This document shows, piece by piece, positions 12,189-21,512 of a DNA stretch of 64,000 bases (its first letter is position 1; each line of letters begins with the position of its first letter). Position numbers and translations under genes: made by a program. The notes under the pieces were generated by a model. That model saw only the letters and a list, made by a program, of their open reading frames with translations, did not search any database and was not told where the DNA came from. Source of the DNA: an uncultured delta proteobacterium. Its GTDB lineage: Bacteria; Myxococcota; Kuafuiibacteriia; Kuafuiibacteriales; Kuafuiibacteriaceae. Location of the stretch: assembly GCA_963803435.1 (NCBI GenBank), contig CAWDML010000006.1:228044-292043 (forward strand), given 5' to 3'.

Positions 12189-13397
12189 ATGACCAAGGGC
12201 ATCGCCGAGACCTGGCGCGAGCTGATCGCCGTGGTGCAGTCGGGCGATCCGGCGCAACTCGATGCGTTCGAGACCTCGCTCGGCGGGCGCAGCCTCCACC
12301 CCTCCTTCCGCTCCGCGATCGACGCGCAGATCAAGGTTGCACGCGGCGAGTCTCAGGCGGCGTGGGAGCAGCTGATCTCCGCCTCCCAGGGGCGCGAGCT
12401 CGGCCCGCACGAGCGCCTGATGCGCGGTCTCCTGTTGATGGAGCAAGGGAAGCTTCCGCACGCGCTCGAGGACCTGAAGTCGGCCCGGCGCGCCAACCTC
12501 TGGGATCCGCGCGTCGAGGGGGGCATCGCGAACATCGCCCTGGGCCGCGGCGACATCGAGCCCGCCGAGCGGTTCCTCAGCCGATCGCTGGAGAAGGCCC
12601 CCGAGCAGTGGCCGGAGCGCATGAAGCTGTGCCTGGTGCAGCGGCGACTCGGCAAGTTCAAGGTGGCGCTGGACTCGGCCATCCGCATCACCAAGGAGGC
12701 GCCCGACTTCGAGGACGGCTGGCTGATGCGGGCCGGGATCCTCGTCGACATGGGACGGGCCGGTGAGGCCTTGCACCTGGTGCTCCCGGTCGCCCAGAAG
12801 AACCTCGGTTGGGTGCGCCTCCGCGTGGCGGTGGTCGACATCCTGCGGGCCGCCGGCAGGTACGACGAGGCCATCGGTACACTCGCGCCGATCGCCGTGA
12901 AGCACGGGGACCCTCACCTGCTGATGGATCTGATCGAGCTCTACCTGCTCGTGAATCAGATCGACGCGGCCGACGCCATGTTCGAGTTGATCGAGGCGAT
13001 CCGCGTCGACAGCGCGCGGCTGGCGTTTCTCCGCGGGGCCGTCGCCGAGGCCAAGGGTGAGGCGCACCACGAGGAGGCGGTGCTCCACTACGAGGTCGCG
13101 ATCGAGCAGGATCCAACCTTCTGGCGATCGCTCGACGCACTCGCGTCGGTCCTATCGATCGAGGGCCCGCTCCACGACCCCACGCGGGCGCGCGCGCTCT
13201 ACGAGCAGGCCGCGGCGCACCCGGAGCGGCCGGTCCGCCCGCTGCTCAACCTCACCCTGTGCTGGGCCGACGAAGGCCGCTTCGAGCCAGCGATCACCAA
13301 GGTGAAGGAGATCCTCGCGTGGCAGGATCTCCGGTTCGAAGATCGCGAGCTCGCCAAGAAGGTGCTCGCGCTCATCGAGAAGGAGAGGAAGAAGTGA
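12189..13397 (+). CDS. Tetratricopeptide-repeat protein
   Basis: Repeated helical TPR-like units (e.g. AGRYDEAIGTL, EAVLHYEVAIEQDPTF). Confidence 0.75.
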   Translation: MTKGIAETWRELIAVVQSGDPAQLDAFETSLGGRSLHPSFRSAIDAQIKVARGESQAAWEQLISASQGRELGPHERLMRGLLLMEQGKLPHALEDLKSARRANLWDPRVEGGIANIALGRGDIEPAERFLSRSLEKAPEQWPERMKLCLVQRRLGKFKVALDSAIRITKEAPDFEDGWLMRAGILVDMGRAGEALHLVLPVAQKNLGWVRLRVAVVDILRAAGRYDEAIGTLAPIAVKHGDPHLLMDLIELYLLVNQIDAADAMFELIEAIRVDSARLAFLRGAVAEAKGEAHHEEAVLHYEVAIEQDPTFWRSLDALASVLSIEGPLHDPTRARALYEQAAAHPERPVRPLLNLTLCWADEGRFEPAITKVKEILAWQDLRFEDRELAKKVLALIEKERKK

Positions 13398-14302
13398 GCG
13401 AGGAGAAGCGAAAGAAGAACCTCATGCGCTTCGTCCAGGCGGGTCGCCGGACCGGCCTCGATCTGCGCCAGCGGCGCAACCCGGTGGAGATGGGCGGCTC
13501 GACGGCCCCCTCCGAGATTGAGCGCGTGCTCGGCGAGGCGGAGGCAAAGGTCGACGGCACCCTCTGGGAGCGCGACTGGGCCTCGACGGCGCTGCGCAGT
13601 GTGGAGCGCTCCCTCGACGGCGCTGCGCTCGAGGCCCTGCACCCGAGGATCGATCGGATCGCCAAGCGGCTCGACGAGGCCGACGAGCGGGAGATCGGCC
13701 CCCTCCGCGGCGCGCTCGCCGCCGGGACGTTCGGCGCGAAGGACTTCCTGGCGGCGCTCGACGATTGCCCGCCCTATCAGTGGGACGCGTTCACTCGGCG
13801 CCTCCTCCTGGTGCACCACGTGCCCGTGCGCGAGACCGAGCGGCCGCCCATGATGGTCCACTATCTGCCGAGCCCGCTCGACGCGATCCTCGCCATCGCG
13901 GAGATCCTCTCGCCCGAGGACGTCTTCTACGACATCGGCTCCGGGCTGGGGCTGGTCACGATGCTGGTGGCCTGGATCTCCGGCGCCCGCGCGAAGGGCG
14001 TCGAGTACGAGCCCGCGTATCACCGGCGCGCGGTGGAGCTCGCCGAGCAGCTGCGCATGCCTCGGGTGGAATACATCCAGTCGGACGCGCGCGCGGTCGA
14101 CTATGCGGATGGCACCGTCTTCTACGTCTACGACACGTTCCGCGGGCCGATCCTCGAGGAGATGATTGAGGTCCTCTCGCACCAGCGCGCCCGCGGCATC
14201 CGGGTCGTCTCCCGCGGCAAGAGCACGCCGGTCTTCGAGCAGGTGTCGTGGTTGAGGAAGCGCGGCGAGCTGGAGAGCCAGCTCACCCTGTTCACGGCGT
14301 GA
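13394..14302 (+). CDS. Class I SAM-dependent methyltransferase
   Basis: EDVFYDIGSGLG motif I, GVEYE motif II; GTG start overlaps the TPR gene stop. Confidence 0.8.
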   Translation: MSEEKRKKNLMRFVQAGRRTGLDLRQRRNPVEMGGSTAPSEIERVLGEAEAKVDGTLWERDWASTALRSVERSLDGAALEALHPRIDRIAKRLDEADEREIGPLRGALAAGTFGAKDFLAALDDCPPYQWDAFTRRLLLVHHVPVRETERPPMMVHYLPSPLDAILAIAEILSPEDVFYDIGSGLGLVTMLVAWISGARAKGVEYEPAYHRRAVELAEQLRMPRVEYIQSDARAVDYADGTVFYVYDTFRGPILEEMIEVLSHQRARGIRVVSRGKSTPVFEQVSWLRKRGELESQLTLFTA

Positions 14303-14346
14303 GCGGGGGAGTTGGCTCCCATGGGGTGGACACCGGGTGGGGAGGC

Positions 14347-14401
14347 CTCGGCCGTGCCTGGTCCCTGAGAGAGGGTTGGTGGATACCGGGACGCGGCCGA
14401 G
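14347..14401. terminator. GC-rich stem-loop between convergent genes, possible terminator
   Basis: CTCGGCCG(14347)...CGGCCGAG(14401) inverted repeat; a T9 run follows at 14434-14442. Confidence 0.3.
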
Positions 14402-14443
14402 AGCCCATCAATCCATACGAGGCAGGGCCGAGATTTTTTTTTC

Positions 14444-15496
14444 TCAGTGGCAGATATCGCCGACGCCGTCGCAGTCGAGATCCACGCAGTCCGGAATGCC
14501 GTCGCCGTCGGTGTCGAGGGGATGCGGAAAACACCCGCCCCCGAGCGACACGTCCGCGACGCCGTCGCAGTCCAGATCCACGCCGTCCGGGACGCCGTCA
14601 CCGTCGGCATCCACGGGCGTCGGCGCGCAGGTGCTGATGTCGATCTGACCATCGCAGTCCAGGTCGATCCCGTCCGTGTTCCCGTCGCCGTCCGTGTCGA
14701 TCTCCTGCGGGACACACTGCGGCACGTCGATCTGCCCATCGCAGTCGAGATCGATCCCATCCGGAACGCCGTCGCCGTTCGCGTCGATCGGCTGGGGGAT
14801 GCAACCGTTGTTGCCGCCGCCGCCGTTCGCAGGCACGTCGATCTGCCCGTCGCAGTCGAGATCGATCCCATCCGGCACGCCGTCGCCGTCCGCGTCGACC
14901 GGCGCCGGGACGCAGCCGCCGTTCGCAGGCACATCGATCTGGCCGTCGCAGTCGAGATCCACGCCGTCGGGGACGCCGTCGCCGTCCGCGTCGATCGGCT
15001 GGGGAACGCAGCCGTTGTTGCCGCCGTTGCCGGGCACGTCGATCTGGCCGTCGCAGTCCGTATCGACGCCGTCGGGAATGCCGTCGCCGTCCACGTCGAT
15101 CGCCGCCGGCGCGCAGATCGCGACGTCCGCGACGCCGTCACAGTCCGTGTCGATGCCGTCCGGAACGCCGTCGCCATCCGCGTCGATCGGCTGCGGGACG
15201 CACGGCGGATTCAGCGCGACATCGGCGACGCCGTCGCAGTCCGTATCGATCCCGTCCGGAACGCCGTCGCCATCGGCATCGACCGGCTGCGGGATGCACG
15301 CCGGGTGCAGCGCGATGTCCGCGGCCGTGCACGCGCCGTCGTTGTCGACGTCGAGGCAGTCCGGGGTCCCGTCGCCGTCGTCGTCGAGCGGGGCCAGCTG
15401 ATCGGTGCTCGTGCGGAGCTCCACGTCGTCCGGTGCGCGGCTGCAGGCCGCCACGAGAAGGGCAGCGCCCAGGAGGGGGATCGAAAACCTCATCAT
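14444..15496 (-). CDS. Lipoprotein built of Cys/Asp-rich Ca-binding-like repeats (thrombospondin type 3-like)
   Basis: Lipobox LVAAC; 9 full units plus 1 degenerate unit of C-x-P-x-x-[IV]-DxDGDGxPDG[IV]DxDCDG-xx-D[VI]. Confidence 0.85.
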   Translation of the reverse strand: MMRFSIPLLGAALLVAACSRAPDDVELRTSTDQLAPLDDDGDGTPDCLDVDNDGACTAADIALHPACIPQPVDADGDGVPDGIDTDCDGVADVALNPPCVPQPIDADGDGVPDGIDTDCDGVADVAICAPAAIDVDGDGIPDGVDTDCDGQIDVPGNGGNNGCVPQPIDADGDGVPDGVDLDCDGQIDVPANGGCVPAPVDADGDGVPDGIDLDCDGQIDVPANGGGGNNGCIPQPIDANGDGVPDGIDLDCDGQIDVPQCVPQEIDTDGDGNTDGIDLDCDGQIDISTCAPTPVDADGDGVPDGVDLDCDGVADVSLGGGCFPHPLDTDGDGIPDCVDLDCDGVGDICH

Positions 15497-15509
15497 GGCG
15501 GGCTGGAAG

Positions 15510-15525
15510 AGCAAGACCGTTGCCA
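15510..15525 (-). promoter_or_regulatory. sigma54 (-24/-12) promoter motif
   Basis: Minus strand TGGCAACGGTCTTGCT, close to the TGGCAC-N5-TTGC consensus; the C is 15 nt from ATG 15496. Confidence 0.7.
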
Positions 15526-15642
15526 AGCCTCACGGGAGGGGGCGCGGCTCGGTTTTTGGGGGCCAGAAACGCGGGGGTTGTGCAGTCGACTTGGCAGGTC
15601 CGCGAGGGACCCGGGGGGAGGAGGCGGTTCTCCGAGTCATTC

Positions 15643-15672
15643 CGATTGCTTGCCGCGCGGAGGTCGATTGCT
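15643..15672. promoter_or_regulatory. Tandem CGATTGCT direct repeat, candidate enhancer-binding-protein site
   Basis: CGATTGCT at 15643 and 15665 (22 bp period), about 120-150 bp upstream of the sigma54 motif. Confidence 0.35.
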
Positions 15673-15698
15673 CACGGCGGGTGACAGGCTCCGGAGAC

Positions 15699-17099
15699 TC
15701 AAAGCCCCCGCTGGATCCGGGTCGTCCGGTTCGGCCGGATCGTCACCGTGATCCTCCGAACCAACCCGAGCTCCTCGTTCTTGAGCGTCAGCTCGTGCCG
15801 CCCTGCCGGCAGCTTCACGTCCACCACCGGCGTCATCCCGAGCATCCGCCGCCCCAGATACACCTGGGTCCAGGGCCGCGTATCGATGGTGAGCCGTCCG
15901 GTCTGAGCCCGCCGCCGCCTCACCGCCCGCCGCTCGACCGGACGCTCCGCCACGCTGGCCGTGATCACCGGCGGCGCCGACACGGCCACCGTGATCGCCG
16001 GCGGTGGCGGAGGCGGCGCGGGCGGCTCCCGCTCCGGCTCGGCCCGTCCCCTGAACACCGCCAATACGCCGATCGCCGCCGCAAGCAGGCTCGCCAGCGC
16101 CACGATCGCAGCTCGGCCCGGCCCGCGCGCCGGAGCGCCCATCGACCCGTCCGTCGCCCGCGTCAATCGCGTGAGGCTGGTGAGCTGCGTGATCCGCGAG
16201 AGCACGCGAAGCGGCGCGCTCCGCGGCGCCAGCTGATCGATCACGTCCGCCAGGTGTGCGCGCGTCCCCTCGAGGCCGCGCGAGCCCACGAAGATCTCCA
16301 GCTCCGCCTGGACCTCCCGCGCCGAGCCGGGCCGTCGATCCGGAGAGGGCGCGAGCAGCCGCGACACCGTGGGCCACAGCGCCTCGGTGATCTCGCCCGG
16401 CCGCGCGATCGCGCCCTCCGAGGTCCCCGGAGGCGTCTCGCCGCAGATCAGCTCGTACAGCACGACCCCGACGCCGAAGAGGTCCGCCCGATGATCCACG
16501 GCCAGCGCGCTCTGCTGCTCGGGCGCCATGTACCGCTGGGTACCCATGGCAGACAGCGCCTCGTCCTCGCGGGTCACCGCGATCCCGAAGTCGAGCAGCT
16601 TGACCGCGCCGTCGCGCGTCAGCATCACGTTGCGCGCGCTGACGTCCCGGTGCACCAGCTGCATCGGCCGTCCCTGCTCGTCGCGGGCCGCGTGGATCGC
16701 CTGCAGCGCACCCAGGAGATCGATCGCGATCCGGCACGCCACCCCCGCCGTCAACAAGCCCACACGAGAGAGCAGATCCGCGACGGTGAAGCCGTCGACG
16801 TACTCCATCGCCAGGTAATACTGACCGTCGATCTGCCCGAAGCTCGATACGTGGACCAGGTTCGGGTGATCGATCAGCGCGGCCAGGCGCGCCTCCTTGA
16901 GGAACAGCTCGGTGAAGTGCGGTGAGGCGGAGAGGTGCGGGAGGATCCGCTTGATGACGAGGTTCTTCTCGAATCCGCCCGGCCCTTCGCGCTTCGCCAG
17001 GAACACCTCGGCCATGCCGCCCGCGCCCAGGCGGCGGATCAGCCGATACTCGCCAAACGGTATGCCCGCGGTGCCCGTAGCTGTGCGATCATAGCCCAT
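15699..17099 (-). CDS. Ser/Thr protein kinase with TM segment and C-terminal PEGA-like domain
   Basis: LGAGGMAEVF, VIKRILP, HRDVSARN, DFGIA, YMAPE; C-terminal GRLTIDTRPWTQVYL...GMTP. Confidence 0.9.
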   Translation of the reverse strand: MGYDRTATGTAGIPFGEYRLIRRLGAGGMAEVFLAKREGPGGFEKNLVIKRILPHLSASPHFTELFLKEARLAALIDHPNLVHVSSFGQIDGQYYLAMEYVDGFTVADLLSRVGLLTAGVACRIAIDLLGALQAIHAARDEQGRPMQLVHRDVSARNVMLTRDGAVKLLDFGIAVTREDEALSAMGTQRYMAPEQQSALAVDHRADLFGVGVVLYELICGETPPGTSEGAIARPGEITEALWPTVSRLLAPSPDRRPGSAREVQAELEIFVGSRGLEGTRAHLADVIDQLAPRSAPLRVLSRITQLTSLTRLTRATDGSMGAPARGPGRAAIVALASLLAAAIGVLAVFRGRAEPEREPPAPPPPPPAITVAVSAPPVITASVAERPVERRAVRRRRAQTGRLTIDTRPWTQVYLGRRMLGMTPVVDVKLPAGRHELTLKNEELGLVRRITVTIRPNRTTRIQRGL

Positions 17100-17121
17100 C
17101 GTCCCCCACGCGCTCATCCTC

Positions 17122-17916
17122 ATGCTCCTCGCCGGCGCACCCCAGGAGGAGCTGGCGCGCGCGCGCCGTATGATCGAGGTCGATCTGCGTTTCAGCGCCG
17201 CGATCGACCTGGTCGAGGGCGTGCTCCAGGATCCGGAGCTGTCGCGGCACGAACGCGTCGACGCCTATCGACTGCTGGGCATCGCGTACGCCGCGAAGGG
17301 CAAGCCCGACAGCGCCGAGGCTGCGTTCGTGGCCATGTTGGAGCTCGACGCCGACGCCGCGCTCGATCCTCAGCTGTCACCCAAGATCCGCTCCCTCTTC
17401 GAGCACGCGCAGGCACAGGTGGCCGCGCGCCCGCGCCTGACCGAGGTCTCCGCGCACCCCGAAGGCGGGCGTCTCACCGTCTCGGCCCACGTCGAAGATC
17501 CGAAACAACGCGTGCAAGACGTCTTGCTCTTCTTCCGCTTCGGCCGGGAGGAATACGACGCTGCGCCGATGACTCGAAGCGACGATCGCGCCGAAGCCGT
17601 CCTCACCCTCCCGCGCCTGGAGCGGGTCCGCGTCGAGTATTACCTCGAGGCGCGCGACGCCGGCGGTGAGGTCCTGGCCCGGGCCGGATCCCTGGAAGCC
17701 CCCTCGGCGATCGCGCTGGAACGGCCGAACCCGGAGCTCACAGCACCACCGCCGCCACCGCCGATCGAGGCGGCCCCGACACCCTGGTACGCGGAGTGGT
17801 GGGTATGGGCGATCGCCGCCGGCGTGATCGGTGCGGGCGTCGCCACCGCCGTGGTCATCGATCGGAGAGGCAACGACGGCCCCACCGGAACGCTGGATCC
17901 GATCCACCTCGACTAG
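17122..17916 (+). CDS. TPR-like exported protein with C-terminal membrane anchor
   Basis: AYRLLGIAYAA...AFVAMLELD; Pro linker; PWYAEWWVWAIAAGVIGAGV. Confidence 0.7.
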   Translation: MLLAGAPQEELARARRMIEVDLRFSAAIDLVEGVLQDPELSRHERVDAYRLLGIAYAAKGKPDSAEAAFVAMLELDADAALDPQLSPKIRSLFEHAQAQVAARPRLTEVSAHPEGGRLTVSAHVEDPKQRVQDVLLFFRFGREEYDAAPMTRSDDRAEAVLTLPRLERVRVEYYLEARDAGGEVLARAGSLEAPSAIALERPNPELTAPPPPPPIEAAPTPWYAEWWVWAIAAGVIGAGVATAVVIDRRGNDGPTGTLDPIHLD

Positions 17917-17944
17917 ACGTCACCGCCTCTGGTTCACTCGGGGC

Positions 17945-18723
17945 GTGCGACGCGCGCTCCTCTTGGCGGTGCTCGCCCTCTCGAGCTGCGACGATGGTCC
18001 GCCCGCGATCATCGTCGAGATCAGCTCCGACCTCGACATCCCGCGCGAGACCAACTCCCTGGTGGCTCGCGTGCAGGCGGACGGACGCACGATCGCGGAG
18101 GAGACGTACCCGCTCGGCGATCCCCCCGCGACGCCTGGCCGCAGACGCTCCCGATCATCGCCGGCGCCACCTACGGTGAGCGGATCAGCATCGCTGCCGA
18201 GGCGCGCATCGCGCTGACCGGCCCCAGCGTGGTGGTGGGCTTCGGCGAGATCGACGTCTCGTTCCCGCGCACCGGGAGCGACACCGTTCGGCTCGACGTT
18301 CCCCGCAGCTGCATCGACAGCGATCACGACGGCTACGGTCTCGGCTTCGGCTGCAAGCGCCCCGACTGCGACGACACCGATCCCAACGTTCCCTCGCGCG
18401 GCCTCTGCCCGGGCTTCGGCGGGCCGGACGCGGGACCTCAGGATGCGGCCCCGGACGCGGGCCCGGTCGACGCGGGCCCGGTCGACGCCGGCCCCGACGC
18501 CGGGCTGCCCGGCGATCTCTGCGGCGGTGCGAACACCTGCGCGCCCGAGGAGGCGTGCCTGGCCCAGATGTGCTTCAAGCGCTGCGCGACGAACGAGGAC
18601 TGCGGCGCCCTCACGCTCGGATGTCTCGACACGATCGGCGTCTGTATCTGCCGCGTCCCTTGCCCGAACGGTGACCAGGACTGCGGCCCCTACGAGTGCA
18701 TCGATGGCTGCTGCAACCTCTGA
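17945..18723 (+). CDS. Cys-rich lipoprotein with DxDxDGYG...DCDD metal-binding-like motif (frameshift at C6 run 18122-18127)
   Basis: GTG 17945 MRRALLLAVLALSSC joins the frame of ORF 18229..18723 (CIDSDHDGYG...PDCDDTDP, DAGP repeats, Cys-rich tail). Confidence 0.7.
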
Positions 18724-20015
18724 CCCCTCCGAAACGACGCTCGTCCTCACGGACTCGGAGAGCGGCGAGCTGATCGCGCGCCGCTGGCGCATCGAGGTGG
18801 TGTCGGGCCCCGACGCCGGAATCGCGCTAGAGCGCAAGGGCGGGACCGTGGTCGTCGGCAGCCACTCCGAGGCTGACCTCACGCTGAGCGATCCGTCGGT
18901 CTCGCGGTATCACGCCGAGCTGCGCCTGCTCCCCGAGGGCGTGCTCGCGCTCGACCTGGGGAGCAAGAACGGGACGCGCATCGGGTCCGCGCGCGTCGAT
19001 CGCGCGCTGGTCTTGGCGGGCGGGACACTCCGATTGGGACGCACCGAGATAAAGGTGACGCCGAAGGACGATCCGCTCCCGCTGCTCGACGAGCCCGAAG
19101 CGTTCGGCGGTTTCCTCACCTGCTCGCGCGCCTGCCGGAAGGTCCTCTCGCAGCTTCGCCTGGTCTCGAAGACCGAGGCCACCGTCTTGATCCAGGGCGA
19201 AACCGGCACCGGCAAGGAGCTCCTGGCCCGCGCCATCCACGAGCAGTCCGGCCATGCGGGCGGTCCCTTCGTGGTGGTGGACTGCGGCGCCATCACCAAG
19301 TCGCTGCTCGAGTCGCACCTGTTCGGCCATGTAAAGGGCGCCTTCACCGGGGCCGTCGAGAGCCGCGCGGGCGCCTTCGAGTCCGCCAACGGCGGCACGC
19401 TCGTGCTCGACGAGCTCGGCGAGCTTCCACTCGATTCTGCAGCCCAAGTTGCTCCGCGTGCTCGAGGCTCGCACCGTGCGCCGGGTCGGCGACGTCGACG
19501 ACAACCCGGTGGACGTTCGCTTCGTCGCGTCGACGAACCGCGATCTGGAGGCCATGGTCCGCGGCGGTGAGTTCCGCGAGGACCTGTTCTACCGGGTGGC
19601 CGTGGTGCGCGTGAAGGTTCCGCCGCTCCGCGACCGCCCCGAGGACGTGCCGCTCCTGGCGCGCCACGCCGCCGAGCGGCTCGGCGGTGAGGGCACGCAC
19701 CTCACCGCGGCCGCCCACGCCCTCCTCGCCAGCTACGACTGGCCGGGCAACGCGCGCGAGCTCCGCAACGTGATCGAGCGAGCGGTCGCGCTGTCGCGAT
19801 CGAAGACGATCGAGCCCAAGGACCTCTTCCCCGAAGACGATCTCGAGCCCCACACGTTCCACCAGGCGAAGGACCACGTGATCGCGGACTTCGAGCAGCG
19901 CTACGTGAAGGCGCTCCTCGGCCGCCACCAAGGCAACGTCAGCGGCGCGGCGAGGGAGGCCGGATTGTCGCGCAACGCCCTCTATGCGCTGATGAAGCGC
20001 ACGGGCCTGGGATGA
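18704..20015 (+). CDS. FHA-domain sigma54-dependent enhancer-binding protein, Fis-type HTH (extra T near 19436)
   Basis: FHA SVSRYHAEL..DLGSKNGT; GETGTGKE; GAFTGA; FREDLFYR; WPGNAREL; GNVSGAAREAGLSR. Confidence 0.9.
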
Positions 20016-20269
20016 AGCGGCCTCCTCCTGGCGCTCGCGATCGGCTGCGGCGATCCCGGCGCCCTCCCCGGCGTGCAGGTCCGGTGCCGGCGAGAGCGCG
20101 CGCCGTGGTGCAGCACGCCGAGGATGGGATCGAGGACGGCCACGAGGTCGTGTTCCAGACGGAGGCGCCCAAGCATCAGTACCGCTGCTTCCTCGAGTCC
20201 CTGGCCCGCGGCGAGACCCCGATCGTGGTACCGGACGCGGCGGAGGAGGCCGCCTGCCCCGCGGAGTGA
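20012..20269 (+). CDS. Small putative lipoprotein (apparently two compensating indels)
   Basis: An alternative frame after MKR reads LLLALAIGCGDPG (lipobox), then the sequence returns to the ORF frame (...VVQHAEDGIEDG...). Confidence 0.4.
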   Translation: MKRPPPGARDRLRRSRRPPRRAGPVPARARAVVQHAEDGIEDGHEVVFQTEAPKHQYRCFLESLARGETPIVVPDAAEEAACPAE

Positions 20270-20273
20270 GCCG

Positions 20274-20717
20274 ATGGAGATGGTCCTGTTGATGGGTGTC
20301 CAGGCCGCCGGCAAGTCGACCCTCTGCCGCCAGCTCTTCTACGACACGCACGTTCGCATCAACCTCGACATGCTGCGCACCCGCTTCCGCGAGCAGCTCC
20401 TGGTGCGCGCCTGCTTCGAGGCCAAGCAGCCCTTCGTCGTCGACAACACGAACCCCACCCGCGCCGATCGGCAGCGCTACCTCCCCGACGCCCGCGAGGC
20501 CGGCTTCAAGGCGATCGGCTACTACTTCAGCTCGGGGATCGAGGAGGCGCTCGAGCGCAACGCCGCCCGTCCCAAGATGATCCCGGAGGGCGGCGTGCGC
20601 CGGACGTTCGAGAAGCTGGAACCACCGTCGCTCGACGAAGGGTTCGACGCGCTCTACCGCGCTCGGATCGATCCCGAACGGCCGCTGGGTTTCATCATCG
20701 AGGCGTGGACGGTGTGA
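20274..20717 (+). CDS. AAA_33/polynucleotide-kinase-like P-loop protein
   Basis: MGVQAAGKST Walker A, RINLDML, VVDNTNPT, RNAAR. Confidence 0.85.
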   Translation: MEMVLLMGVQAAGKSTLCRQLFYDTHVRINLDMLRTRFREQLLVRACFEAKQPFVVDNTNPTRADRQRYLPDAREAGFKAIGYYFSSGIEEALERNAARPKMIPEGGVRRTFEKLEPPSLDEGFDALYRARIDPERPLGFIIEAWTV

Positions 20718-21444
20718 TCACGGCGATCGCTGCGCCCTCGGCGTCCTTCAGGATCGCGTAGCGGCCGATGTTCGGGATCTCCTGCGGCTCGCTCATCACC
20801 GAGCCGCCGAGCTTCTGCGCCCGCTTCACCACCTCGTCCACCCGATCGACCCGCACGTACGGCAGCCAGTTGGTGGGGATGTTCGACACCGGCGAGGTCA
20901 TGACGCCACCCCGCGACGCGTTCTCGGCCTTGAGCACGTAGTACTTCATCTCGCCCATGCTCATCGCCTCGGAGCTGAAGCCGAAGGCCTTCTCGTAGAA
21001 CGCCGTGGCCTTGGCAGCGTCGCTCGTCCAGAGCTCGTTCCAGAACCAGTCGCCGTGCTTGGTATCGCGATCGGCGGCGTCCTCGCTCTGGGAGCGGAAC
21101 ACGAGCAAGCGCGCGCCCTGCGGATCGGAGATCAGCGCCATCCGGCCCACGCTCGGGACGTCGAAGGCCGGCTTGATCGACCGGCCGCCGCCCTTCACCG
21201 CGTTGTCCACCGCCCGATCGACGTCCTCGACCGACAGGTAGCTGGCCCAGTGAGGATGGTCGCTGGTGAGCGCGACCAGCCCGCCGATCGAGGTCTCGCC
21301 GTTGCTGATCATCTGATACTCGCCGCCGCCCATCGGGGCGCCGTTGACCTTCCAGCCGAAGAGCTCTCCGTAGAAGGTCTTCGCGCGCGCGATGTCTTTG
21401 GCGTTGAGCTCGAACCAGACGAATTTTCCAGGATGATGTGCCAT
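20695..21444 (-). CDS. VOC (glyoxalase/bleomycin-resistance) family protein, two domains
   Basis: FVWFEL...AKTFYGELFGW...GRMALISDPQGA, repeated in the second half. Confidence 0.9.
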   Translation of the reverse strand: MAHHPGKFVWFELNAKDIARAKTFYGELFGWKVNGAPMGGGEYQMISNGETSIGGLVALTSDHPHWASYLSVEDVDRAVDNAVKGGGRSIKPAFDVPSVGRMALISDPQGARLLVFRSQSEDAADRDTKHGDWFWNELWTSDAAKATAFYEKAFGFSSEAMSMGEMKYYVLKAENASRGGVMTSPVSNIPTNWLPYVRVDRVDEVVKRAQKLGGSVMSEPQEIPNIGRYAILKDAEGAAIAVITPSTPR

Positions 21445-21512
21445 TGGGGTTGTGTCCTTTCACCCCCACGACGCACAGCCCGTCCCCGGATCGACAGGCC
21501 CTCGATCTTTTT

